Below are positions 17,814 through 26,243 of a stretch of 64,000 nucleotides of DNA, one piece after another. Under the pieces are notes generated by a model, which ran no database searches, was not told the origin of the DNA, and was given only the letters and a program-made list of their open reading frames with translations. Within the stretch, counting starts at the first letter, position 1; every line of letters begins with the position of its first letter. The stretch comes from Rickettsiales bacterium (GTDB taxonomy: Bacteria > Pseudomonadota > Alphaproteobacteria > Rickettsiales > JAJNBL01). Location: positions 181,995 to 245,994 of the forward strand of contig JAJNBL010000003.1 of the NCBI GenBank assembly GCA_021156175.1, in the 5' to 3' direction. The position numbers and the translations under genes are program-made.

Positions 17814-17897
17814 GTCTCCGCCATTATTTCATGTAATACATTGCTTTATTCAATGTATTAAACGGATAAATTGTCAGTTCAGCAGGGGCTGTATGAT

Positions 17898-18305
17898 TTA
17901 TAACCTAACCACGATAGTCCTAAAGCTCACACTCGCATTAAACCCCTCGCCGCTTGTATCGGGTCTGACATCCGTTACCAGATGATACATTCCCTGCACT
18001 GTCCCGTTTGCTAAAGTGGGATGGGTTTTATCAAGCAATGTCTTGATCCGCGCGGCAATCGTCATCACGGATTCAGGGCTGCGGTCACGGCCAAGAATAT
18101 CAATCTTTACAATGCACTGTATTCGACTACCGCTAACGCTTGAAATATCCTCCTCCCGTTCCATCATTAGCACGGCGGAGGGATAGGCAATATCTTTTGG
18201 TAGTTCATGATAAAGGCATCGTAGTTGCCCCATCAATTCATTATCCGCATCAAGTATCGTATAAATGGCGTTTTGTAACGCCCAGGGTGCGCTGGTCGTG
18301 GTCAT
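17898..18305 (-). CDS. DUF3168-type tail completion protein (RcGTA g8-like)
   Basis: 135 aa, directly downstream of the adaptor gene. The pattern ALQNAIYTILDAD..L...L..YHELPKDIAYPSAVL...I..IDILGR...........IKTLL fits DUF3168 as I recall it. Confidence 0.8.
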   Translation of the reverse strand: MTTTSAPWALQNAIYTILDADNELMGQLRCLYHELPKDIAYPSAVLMMEREEDISSVSGSRIQCIVKIDILGRDRSPESVMTIAARIKTLLDKTHPTLANGTVQGMYHLVTDVRPDTSGEGFNASVSFRTIVVRL

Positions 18306-18323
18306 AAGTACTTCCTCTTGTGA

Positions 18324-18890
18324 TTAAAGCAAGATATCGCGATACGGCACATACAAGGCCCGTGCGGCTTCGGGAATCCCCACAGTTCCATTGCGGTCAT
18401 CGAATAACATGCGGGTGTGGAGCAATATCCCCTGGCGTATTGCATCGGGAACATCGGAGCTTCCGCCATAACCGGTGACATACACAATCTCCACCCGATG
18501 CGCGATCGGGTTTGCATCAAAAATCAGAAAGCGTTTTCCGGAGGAAAGATAATATTGGCCTGCATCCATGACTGTTGATGTGCCATCGCGTGCAATGAGA
18601 GTAACGCTGGTGATCGATTGCACCGGCCCCATGCGTAAAGAAACGCGCGTAGGTGCATAATTATCAAAAGAAATTTTCCAACTCTGCGTGATAAGCGAAC
18701 GGTTCATAAAATATTCGGCGGCTGTACGCGTCACCTCAATCAAGCCGGTGAGCAAGGTATCATCCGCGGTATTGCCAACACGCAAATAAGTTTTCGTTTC
18801 CGTAAGTGTAACAGGTTCACTTAGCGGAGCGGTTATTCGCACGAATGAAGGCTGAGGTGGTCGTGGAGTATGGAAAAGGGAGTTGGTCAT
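18324..18890 (-). CDS. gp6-type head-tail connector (RcGTA g6-like, phiE125 gp8 family)
   Basis: PVTLTETKTYLRVGNTADDTLLTGLIEVTRTAAEYFMNRSLITQSW matches the Phage_connect_1-type motif, and 188 aa is the GTA g6 size. Confidence 0.85.
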   Translation of the reverse strand: MTNSLFHTPRPPQPSFVRITAPLSEPVTLTETKTYLRVGNTADDTLLTGLIEVTRTAAEYFMNRSLITQSWKISFDNYAPTRVSLRMGPVQSITSVTLIARDGTSTVMDAGQYYLSSGKRFLIFDANPIAHRVEIVYVTGYGGSSDVPDAIRQGILLHTRMLFDDRNGTVGIPEAARALYVPYRDILL

Positions 18891-18989
18891 AAGTCGCTCC
18901 TAATAAAGTTACCGTAAAGAAGGAAAGCAAAATGCTTGGCGAAATCAACAACATGATGTAGAGTCCCTCCCAAGCTTGGAGAGTCACCT

Positions 18990-19559
18990 ATGTCCTACGA
19001 AAAAAGAGAGTCGCGCTCGCGCATCGACGAAAAGAAAAGTGGCTGGATTCCTGCCATTATTTATGCTGCAGTTACGGGCGTATTTTGCTACTGGGTGATG
19101 CCAATTATTTTTGGGTTTGACAATTCTTCGGTTCCTCAAAACATGGACTTCCTAACGCAAGACGATATTCATCTCTGCTCTGACCGTATGGGCTATGAGG
19201 AAGGAACTTACCGTTATCGCCACTGCTTAAAGGAACGTATCGCCTATAATTCCTGCCAGGCAAAAAATACTGCCCGTGAAGCACATTATGAGCGGGATGC
19301 AGAGAAATTTTGTTCAGATGAGGCGCGTCGCCGCTTTGCTCAGCCCGCCCTTGAAGAACAACATGTCTATGATCAATGGCCTGGACCTCGTCAGCTTAAT
19401 GTAAAGGCGAAGCCTTATGTCTACCGCCCTACCGATATCGCCGATTTGCGTGGTATCTTTACGGAACTCTGCGCCAAAGAATGGGTATCCCAACGGGATA
19501 TTCTCCCTTCTGTACTCCCCGATTGCGAGCATCTGCTTGAGTTTTCCAAGGCAGAATAA
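18990..19559 (+). CDS. Membrane-anchored Cys-containing hypothetical protein
   Basis: A basic N-terminus is followed by TM helix WIPAIIYAAVTGVFCYWVMPIIFGF. The C-terminal domain has 6 Cys. No family recognised. Confidence 0.5.
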   Translation: MSYEKRESRSRIDEKKSGWIPAIIYAAVTGVFCYWVMPIIFGFDNSSVPQNMDFLTQDDIHLCSDRMGYEEGTYRYRHCLKERIAYNSCQAKNTAREAHYERDAEKFCSDEARRRFAQPALEEQHVYDQWPGPRQLNVKAKPYVYRPTDIADLRGIFTELCAKEWVSQRDILPSVLPDCEHLLEFSKAE

Positions 19560-19732
19560 AACCAAGGGTTGTGCATTTTCTTTTTTCCACCCCAGCAACT
19601 CATTGACAAATTAGAGACTTATTGTTATTGTATGCACAACCATTTTTTACTTCATTAATAATAAAATTCTTCAAGAAGATAAGCTAGCTTTCTTTCCTCA
19701 CATACAACTCTATTTAAAAACAATGAGGCTTT

Positions 19733-20641
19733 ATGAAAGAAATTGCACAACGGATCGCAGCAGAGTGCCGTGAGTCTTTTGAGAATGCTAGAGCATTTAT
19801 AAAAAGTGAAAACACCACAAAAGAAATATCAGAGTATGAGGCATACTACGCTGATTTGTATAACATTACTAATGCTACGCTTGGTTTTACCAATGCGGTA
19901 GGGAAAATATATGGCTATTTAGTGCCCAATTCATCCGTAGCGGAAGTCACAGCCTCTCTCATAACTACTACAGATCAAAATGGTACAATCACCGATTATC
20001 CTAATGCCTCTCTTGCATGCGTTACGGGGCCTGATCCTCAATTGCCGAATAATACGGGCTGGATAAGTAGTTTTACTTTTGGTTTTCAAAAGGATTTCTA
20101 CAACTATTGTAAAAATACTTTAAATGGTAGTATATCCTTACTTCCCTCAGTAAAAAATATGGAATGTTTTGGTGGCTTTAGCTGGCATACTGTTAATAGT
20201 AGTACAGTCGGTGTAAACGTATTTAACACCTTTGACAAGGTATTTGAACCTAATCATACTCTCACCTGTCAAGCCAATGTATGCTCGTATAACTATTCAC
20301 TGGCACCTGAGACAACACTCACTCCTCCTGCCTCTCCTTCTCATGCCGCTACGATTGCGGGTCCTATTGCAGGAGCAGTTGCAATAGGTGCTGCAGTGAC
20401 TACAGGTGCTATGATTAAATATAAATATGATAATTGGCACCGCGATAACCCCAACGGATCTTTCCGTGAATATGTCCTCGGCCGTCGCAATACACAAATG
20501 ACGGAAGAAACGCCTTTATTGGACGTTAAATCAGAAGGCAAGGAAAAAAGCGAACTGCCTGATCTGTCTGACACCCAAAATCCTTGGGCTAATAAATCAA
20601 CAACAACACGTTGTTTGGAATTCATCGGATGGAGTAAGTAA
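19733..20641 (+). CDS. Single-pass membrane protein with an N-x-S/T sequon-rich, Cys-containing N-terminal domain
   Basis: About 11 NxS/T sequons precede the TM helix AATIAGPIAGAVAIGAAVTTGAMI, which is followed by the basic stop-transfer KYKYDNWHR. A TTGACA-N17-TATTGT promoter candidate lies at 19603..19631. Confidence 0.6.
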   Translation: MKEIAQRIAAECRESFENARAFIKSENTTKEISEYEAYYADLYNITNATLGFTNAVGKIYGYLVPNSSVAEVTASLITTTDQNGTITDYPNASLACVTGPDPQLPNNTGWISSFTFGFQKDFYNYCKNTLNGSISLLPSVKNMECFGGFSWHTVNSSTVGVNVFNTFDKVFEPNHTLTCQANVCSYNYSLAPETTLTPPASPSHAATIAGPIAGAVAIGAAVTTGAMIKYKYDNWHRDNPNGSFREYVLGRRNTQMTEETPLLDVKSEGKEKSELPDLSDTQNPWANKSTTTRCLEFIGWSK

Positions 20642-20677
20642 GCTACTTTAAAGCTCGCGCTTCTCATAGCGCGGGCC

Positions 20678-21937
20678 TTAAATCTTCCGGGATACCGATT
20701 TCCTCGCATTCGCATAAAGTTCAAACTCATCCAACGGATCACGGCCTATCGCAGCGGCAAGCACAGCTCTTTCGCCTTTAGTTTCAGAAGATTCCAGCAA
20801 TCCACTTTTTTGGTCGAGGTTCGATTTAAAAATCCCTGCAGCACTTACCGGCAAGAAATCTTCATAGGTAACGGGTTGCCCTTTTGCATTAAAGAAGGCA
20901 AGCTCCCGGCTCTTTAGCGTTTCTAAATCATCCGGGAAGGTTTGAAACTCACGTTCTAATATCTCGCGGTAATTATCTGATTTCTCAGTTGTTTGTGCGA
21001 GTACCTTTTGCAGCAACTCGTCATAAAGCTTTCGTCCTTTCGGTGTCAGCGCCATACCGCGTTGTTCAATTTCACCAAACCGCGCACGATGCTTTCCTTC
21101 CACAAAACCGCCTTTCCCGTCTGGGAATTTGGTTACTTCTTCCAGTGCTTGGAATGAAGTTTGCCGCAACAAAATATCGAATTGCCGTTTCGGAGGTCCC
21201 TGAATTTGCGGAATCATGTTGATACCCCGCTCCTTCATTGTTTGGTGGAGTAGGTCAATATCCAGTGTCCGAGGTGTTAGATGGTTGATATGTGGCCCTT
21301 GGAATCCGACAATATCCGCCACTAATCCATTGATCTGCAACAGTTCCGTATAGAATCCTTCTGAGATCAGCGCCGTGTCGTGCCATTTGAACGTTTTAAG
21401 CGCCTCTTCAATAAACCGCTCACTATCGGCTTCATTCAAACCACCATTACGCTCGTTTTTTTCAATAAGCTCGAGCACCCCGCTTGAGAAAATCTGGCGG
21501 CGGCTTAAGACTTCTTCCACACGCGGCCTGATATCCTCATTCAGTAAATCTGTCCGCAGGAGTGAGGTAAAAATCCGAAATGGGTTCGAGTCCAGTGAGG
21601 CTTGGGAAACGGGACGGAAAGCCGTGGAATGGATAGGAAGCCCTGCCACGGTGAGGTTATAGTAGCTCACGGCTTGCATGCCCATGACTCCAAAAAGTCT
21701 TGCAATTCCGCGCATTTCTTGTGGTGTTCCCACCCGAATTGCACCATGGCGCTCTTCGTTGATGCGCTCCAAATTCCCATACAGCGCCTGAAGTTCCGGT
21801 TTCTCGCGCAAGACTTTTGTATTTATTTCCGCAACAATCTCGAGCAACGTGCCATAGAGCGGCACTTCGCGCTTATACATATCGGACATGGCTTTGGAAA
21901 AATGGGCGCGGATGGTATCGGTAGGAATGAAGGGCAT
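20678..21937 (-). CDS. YdcJ/HglS family (DUF1338) 2-oxoadipate dioxygenase/decarboxylase-like protein
   Basis: It is collinear with E. coli YdcJ as I recall it: EVPLYGTLLEIV, ERHGAIRVGT, HSTAFRP, NPFRIFTSLLR, INHLTPRTLDID, LLRQTSF.ALEE, ARFGEIEQRG.ALTPKGR.LYD, ITYEDFLPVSAAGIF.SNL. The ATG at 21937 has an AGGAG SD. Confidence 0.85.
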   Translation of the reverse strand: MPFIPTDTIRAHFSKAMSDMYKREVPLYGTLLEIVAEINTKVLREKPELQALYGNLERINEERHGAIRVGTPQEMRGIARLFGVMGMQAVSYYNLTVAGLPIHSTAFRPVSQASLDSNPFRIFTSLLRTDLLNEDIRPRVEEVLSRRQIFSSGVLELIEKNERNGGLNEADSERFIEEALKTFKWHDTALISEGFYTELLQINGLVADIVGFQGPHINHLTPRTLDIDLLHQTMKERGINMIPQIQGPPKRQFDILLRQTSFQALEEVTKFPDGKGGFVEGKHRARFGEIEQRGMALTPKGRKLYDELLQKVLAQTTEKSDNYREILEREFQTFPDDLETLKSRELAFFNAKGQPVTYEDFLPVSAAGIFKSNLDQKSGLLESSETKGERAVLAAAIGRDPLDEFELYANARKSVSRKI

Positions 21938-21960
21938 AAAACTCCTGCTAATGCGATTAT

Positions 21961-22134
21961 CTACCAAAGGCTTCCGACGGCTTCTATACCTTGACGCAGC
22001 ATCCGAATAACAGACCAGAAAAATTTTCTAAATTTATCATTTGATAGCGCGAGCAATACCACCGGAAACAACACCATCGCGCTAACCGCATATAGGCGAA
22101 AGATAATCCTAAACAGCTCTTTTATTATTTTCAT
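21961..22134 (-). CDS. Small hydrophobic ORF (57 aa), not in the supplied track
   Basis: A GAGGAG SD lies 4 nt before the ATG at 22134. Translation: MKIIKELFRIIFRLYAVSAMVLFPVVLLALSNDKFRKFFWSVIRMLRQGIEAVGSLW. Confidence 0.3.
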   Translation of the reverse strand: MKIIKELFRIIFRLYAVSAMVLFPVVLLALSNDKFRKFFWSVIRMLRQGIEAVGSLW

Positions 22135-22219
22135 TATCTCCTCAAGCTTGCATTCAATGATGTCATAATGCCATAGAAGCTACGTTTGAAACAAGGAAGA
22201 AGAGATAGAAGCAACATAA

Positions 22220-22303
22220 GAGGTCGTCATCGCGAGGAACGAAGCCATCCAGTTTTTGACTCTGCTGGATTGCTTCGCTTCACTCGCAATGACAAAGATG
22301 GTC
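22220..22303. repeat. Family B palindromic element ('ARNDK-type')
   Basis: gaggtcgtcatcgcgaggaacgaagcc..ccag....ctggattgcttcgcttcactcgcaatgacaaagatggtc. It ends 5 bp before the stop of 22309..22722. Confidence 0.85.
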
Positions 22304-22308
22304 TTTAT

Positions 22309-22722
22309 TTAAGCCACAGGTGCTAACCCCGCATGTCCCTGTACCGCAACAATCCCGATCGGTGTACCGTTCGTATGCGTACCTGTTTTGGTCGCAACCG
22401 CACGGATGTAACGTTTCGCGCCTTTATAGCCAAAGGTCACGACAGTTTCATCTTCTGCTGCCTCATCGATGACCACAGACGCCACACCGTTGTGGAGATC
22501 AGAAGCTCCCACTGCTGTAAAATCAGAATCATTGTCGGATTCCTCTGCGGTTAAGGTCCATTTAAGCGAACCGCTTAGGGTATCGCCAGACTGCCCCACG
22601 TCGAACAACACGGAAAGGCTTTGATAGCCTTGCATATCGATTGAATCGGAAGTGACATTTCCTGTCGCTACAGCGGGTTTAGAAAGCTGGGTAATTTTGA
22701 GATTATGGTAAAGGTCTTTCAT
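22309..22722 (-). CDS. Capsid-adjacent phage structural protein (possible head decoration/cement); not the TP901-1-type GTA tail tube
   Basis: 137 aa immediately downstream of the major capsid gene. MKDLYHNLKITQ...IDMQGYQSLSV...GYKGAKRYIRAV...THTNGTPIG resembles a family seen after HK97-like capsid genes (recollection). Confidence 0.7.
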   Translation of the reverse strand: MKDLYHNLKITQLSKPAVATGNVTSDSIDMQGYQSLSVLFDVGQSGDTLSGSLKWTLTAEESDNDSDFTAVGASDLHNGVASVVIDEAAEDETVVTFGYKGAKRYIRAVATKTGTHTNGTPIGIVAVQGHAGLAPVA

Positions 22723-22759
22723 GGACAGTTCCTTGTGTTAGAGGGGGAAAATATGAAGA

Positions 22760-22852
22760 GAGGTCGTCATTGCGAGGAGTGAAGCGACGAAGCAAGCCAG
22801 ATACAAAAGAAGACTGGATTGCTTCGCTCCGCTCGCAATGACAAGGATGGTC
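22760..22852. repeat. Family B palindromic element
   Basis: gaggtcgtcattgcgaggagtgaagcgacgaagcaagccag....ctggattgcttcgctccgctcgcaatgacaaggatggtc, in the same orientation as the 22220 copy. It generates the spurious ORF 22819..23157 (MLRSARNDKDG..). Confidence 0.85.
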
Positions 22853-22857
22853 TTTAT

Positions 22858-24054
22858 TTACGACGCAACAACCATCAGCTTGATAGCTTCAAAGTTGATC
22901 ACATCACCGCCTACGCGTTTCGTGGTATAGAATTTTACAAAAGGCTTATCGGTAAATGGATCGCGAAGCACGCGGATGCCCGTGCGATCGACGATCTGAT
23001 AACCAGCAGCAAAATCACCAAAGGCAATCGGGAGATTGCTTGCACCGATATTATCCATATCCGCGGATTGATACACAGGCGCACCCATGATCGTATCTGC
23101 AGCACCCACAGAAAGGCCTGGATGCCAAATATATTGCTCATGCTCATCCTTCAATAGACGTACCGCTTGCATCGTGCTGCGGTTCATCAGGAAGCTTCCG
23201 CGTGCCGCATATTCTTCCTTCAAGCTGTAATAGAGCGAGATGATTGAATCGGCAGTAATGGTGCTTGCACCACCGGAATGCACTTGCTCAATTTGTCCCC
23301 AAGCAGTACCGTTTGGATAAGTCGTAAAACCACGTGGTTTACCCACGCCATCCCCATTGACGAATGCGGTATTTTCTTTGACGGAGAAAATCTCAGAAAC
23401 GCGCTCAGCCAACCATACTTCGATATCAATCGCCGCATCATCGATAAGTTTTTGTGTCGCTTTTGGCTGCGCAAACAACTCATGCACATGGATCGTCTTC
23501 TTCGCAAATTGCGGAGTAGCGCTATCGGAAACCGAAGAAGTTTCGCTTGTCCAGCCTGCACCTGCATCGCTGATATCCTCGATAATATCGAGTGAATCCG
23601 TCGATACGATCGCAACGCTCGCCACTTTACGAATCGGGCTGGTTTCGGTCACACTGGAAACAATCTTATCCGACAATGTTGGGGTCACGAGGAAACCACC
23701 GTCCGGATCAGATCCTACCGATAGTGCTTTTTGCTCAAGCTGCACCAGACCATCATCAATTCCTTTCCGCAAATAGGCACAGAAGGCTTGTTTATGTTCC
23801 ATTTGGGCAGCATCCATATATTTCAAGCCCAATTCCATTCCTGCAACAGGACGGGAAAGTGCTGTTTCCAGACGGCCCAAGCGGCTTTTGTAATGGTCGA
23901 TCGTATCATTGATACGGCCCAAATGGTCCACCGTCAGCGGATCGGCAGAGCCTTTCTTTGCCACTTCGGCAAGTCTGCGGTCATTGATGGATTTAAATTC
24001 TTCCCACGCTTGATGAAGCGTGTTCATCCGGTCAGTCAGTTCGTTAATCGTCAT
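22858..24054 (-). CDS. HK97-family major capsid protein (RcGTA g5-like)
   Basis: An N-terminal coiled delta-like region is followed by GSDPDGGFLVTP, SPIRKVASV, WTSETS, HELFAQPKATQKLIDDA, ENTAFVNGDGVGKPRGF. Confidence 0.95.
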   Translation of the reverse strand: MTINELTDRMNTLHQAWEEFKSINDRRLAEVAKKGSADPLTVDHLGRINDTIDHYKSRLGRLETALSRPVAGMELGLKYMDAAQMEHKQAFCAYLRKGIDDGLVQLEQKALSVGSDPDGGFLVTPTLSDKIVSSVTETSPIRKVASVAIVSTDSLDIIEDISDAGAGWTSETSSVSDSATPQFAKKTIHVHELFAQPKATQKLIDDAAIDIEVWLAERVSEIFSVKENTAFVNGDGVGKPRGFTTYPNGTAWGQIEQVHSGGASTITADSIISLYYSLKEEYAARGSFLMNRSTMQAVRLLKDEHEQYIWHPGLSVGAADTIMGAPVYQSADMDNIGASNLPIAFGDFAAGYQIVDRTGIRVLRDPFTDKPFVKFYTTKRVGGDVINFEAIKLMVVAS

Positions 24055-24146
24055 AGTTTAACTCCTAATGGTTGAAAAAAACGCTAGGTTAAAGGGCCCA
24101 ACTTCCCGTTGAGGTAGAAAATTGAGGGGGTCAAGCAAATCATTGC

Positions 24147-24174
24147 TTGACTTATCAATCAATCGCCATATGGT
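24147..24174 (+). promoter_or_regulatory. Sigma70-like promoter candidate for ankyrin gene 24228
   Basis: TTGACT-N16-TATGGT. The context CTTGACTTAT is identical to 16654..16663. Confidence 0.35.
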
Positions 24175-24227
24175 ACGTCCCCCCGGAAGGGGATTCACTC
24201 TTGAGAGCAATAAATTGAGGAAATACA

Positions 24228-24677
24228 ATGAGAAACAGTAGCAAAGTTAATCCAGAAAATTCAATATTTGGTGCTATTGATAACAACGACACACAAGCCA
24301 TTGAGAAAATCCTGGCTAGTAACCCTGAATTACTAAATGCTTTTGTTGAAGGAAAGGGCTATCCCCTGAAACATGCTGCAATGTCAGGTAAAGTGAATGC
24401 TGTTGAATGTCTCATTCGCCTCGGTGCAGATGTGAATGTGGGAGAGCCTTACACCCCTCTTGCCCTGGCAGCATTTGCACATGGTGGGGACGAAAAATAC
24501 GATACTATTATCGGAATGCTAAAAGACGCGGGCGGAATCATTCCTGGTAATGAGAACAAGCAACTCAATCGGGTTTACAAAGAACCGGTAAAGGCACCAC
24601 TTCCAGCAGAGCAAGAATATCATTCTAATCGCAGGTCGGCTCTGGCTTCTAATGCAAATCCTAGTCCGATACGGTAA
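24228..24677 (+). CDS. Small ankyrin-repeat protein (149 aa)
   Basis: GYPLKHAAMSGKVNAVECLIRLGADVNVGEPYTPLALAA. It is a paralog of 24846..25382. Confidence 0.75.
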   Translation: MRNSSKVNPENSIFGAIDNNDTQAIEKILASNPELLNAFVEGKGYPLKHAAMSGKVNAVECLIRLGADVNVGEPYTPLALAAFAHGGDEKYDTIIGMLKDAGGIIPGNENKQLNRVYKEPVKAPLPAEQEYHSNRRSALASNANPSPIR

Positions 24678-24845
24678 CGAGCGTCCGGTTGCGCTCCACT
24701 CCCCTTATTGCCAAGCCTAAATGTCCGGATCTTGCTTTGTTTTAGAAGGCGAGATCCGCTAGGATTTATGCTTAACATACCTAATAAAGTAACTATTTTT
24801 TGAAATAATTAAAATATTCAATAAACCAATTAAACCAAAGGCATC

Positions 24846-25382
24846 ATGAAAGAAACAAAGAACTTCGCAAACTTATCTAAAGCAATCAATGATCAAGACA
24901 TCACAACACTCCAAAAAATCCTTGAGGATAAAAATATTCTCACCTTACTAACCTCTAAGAATGAGTACGGCTGCTATCCTTTAGCATATGCCGCAATTAC
25001 TGCAAAACCCCTTTCTCTGGCCTGTCTTATTCGCAATGGTGCCGATGTAAATGTTGGATTTCCTCGTACCGCTTTGGCTTGCCTAGGCTTAGAATTTGCC
25101 GTGCCAAAATCGGACAAAGCCCTCCTTAAGAATATTGTCCGTCAGCTTTTAAATGCAGGCGGTGTGCTTTGTGAACAGGACCTGCCCCAACTCATTAAAT
25201 ATGCTGGTCCAGGACTTCCAAACCTTCACTCATGCACACTTAGCAATGGGGTCAATATCCTTGGGTTGGAGGGAAAGGTTGACGTACAAGGTCTCGAAAA
25301 CTCTTTCCTTAAATCTAGCTCGACATATTTTCAGGATAGAGAAGAAAAACAAAAACAAGCATCTTTTGTAAGAAAAATTTAA
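24846..25382 (+). CDS. Ankyrin-like protein (178 aa), paralog of 24228..24677
   Basis: GCYPLAYAAITAKPLSLACLIRNGADVNVGFPRTALA aligns with its neighbour. The stop overlaps the protease gene stop by 4 bp. Confidence 0.65.
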   Translation: MKETKNFANLSKAINDQDITTLQKILEDKNILTLLTSKNEYGCYPLAYAAITAKPLSLACLIRNGADVNVGFPRTALACLGLEFAVPKSDKALLKNIVRQLLNAGGVLCEQDLPQLIKYAGPGLPNLHSCTLSNGVNILGLEGKVDVQGLENSFLKSSSTYFQDREEKQKQASFVRKI

Positions 25383-26014
25383 TCCAGCAACACCGCAATT
25401 CCCTTTTCAATCGCAAGCCCGAGTGCATCGATTTCTTCCTCTCTTCCTTTAGGGAAACCGGAAGAAGCGATGCGCTTGGCTTGTTTGCGCGAAAAACCTT
25501 GGGCATGCAGGAATTGTTCAAACTCTCGGACGCTTGCAACCTGCTCTCCCGCTTTTACATGCAAAATTTCCGCCTCAGCGTTCGCAGGAAATGTCACCAA
25601 GCTGATTTCCCATAAATCCACATCGGAAATATAGCGAATGCCCTTTCTTTCATCATTATGGGAGGAGGCAACCGTATAGCCAATACTCAATCCCCGCACG
25701 GTGCCATTCTTTAGCCACTCATAGGCCTCTTTCCCGCGTGCGGATTCCAGCACCAACTGCGCTTCCACATAAAGTCCTTTATAATCCTCATAAATTGTGG
25801 TGATAAAACCCACCGGCTCATCCATACGATGTTGCCAGAGGAGCTTGATATCCTTGCCTTCATTTTTTTCGCGGAGCGTTCGGGTAAAGGCGCCGGACAA
25901 GATGCTATCATTTTGGCTATCGACGACTTCAAAGACGCTTGCATAGCCCGAGAAACTCCCTTCCGCTGTTTCTTCCAGCGCAAAGGCACATTGCAGTTGT
26001 TTGGTTTCGATCAT
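25379..26014 (-). CDS. HK97-family prohead protease (RcGTA g4-like)
   Basis: FSGYASVFEVVDSQNDSILSGAFTRTL, LLWQHRMDEPVG, GLSIGY, EISLVTFPAN. Confidence 0.9.
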   Translation of the reverse strand: MIETKQLQCAFALEETAEGSFSGYASVFEVVDSQNDSILSGAFTRTLREKNEGKDIKLLWQHRMDEPVGFITTIYEDYKGLYVEAQLVLESARGKEAYEWLKNGTVRGLSIGYTVASSHNDERKGIRYISDVDLWEISLVTFPANAEAEILHVKAGEQVASVREFEQFLHAQGFSRKQAKRIASSGFPKGREEEIDALGLAIEKGIAVLLD

Positions 26015-26053
26015 AATGGTCTCCTATTTTTAAAAGAGATAAAGTGGCTAGAA

Positions 26054-26136
26054 GAGGTAGTCATCCCCGTGAAGACGGGGATCCACTGCCAAGCGGCCTG
26101 GCAATGGATTCCCACCTACGTGGGAATGACGACCTC
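26054..26136. repeat. Family A palindromic element (two inverted half-units)
   Basis: gaggtagtcatccccgtgaagacggggatccactgcc...ggcaatggattcccacctacgtgggaatgacgacctc. The left half is identical to the copy at 5095. Confidence 0.9.
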
Positions 26137-26243
26137 GTGTGGGGGTCCTATAAAGAATGAGGGCTGGTGCATATTGTTAACACTTTCTTACCATTCCTCC
26201 TTTAGCCTTGATCTTGGCGCGACAATGGATTATCCCATAGAAT

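Noticed and set aside
17835-17859. 9-bp perfect hairpin aatacattg-ctttatt-caatgtatt after ankyrin gene 16716..17813
   Set aside because: It is AT-rich and lacks a T-tract. It may be a weak terminator shared by the convergent genes, but it is too weak to list as a feature.
22819-23157. ORF of 112 aa starting MLRSARNDKDG
   Set aside because: It starts inside family B element 22760..22852 and runs antisense to the capsid gene. It is a repeat-derived artefact.
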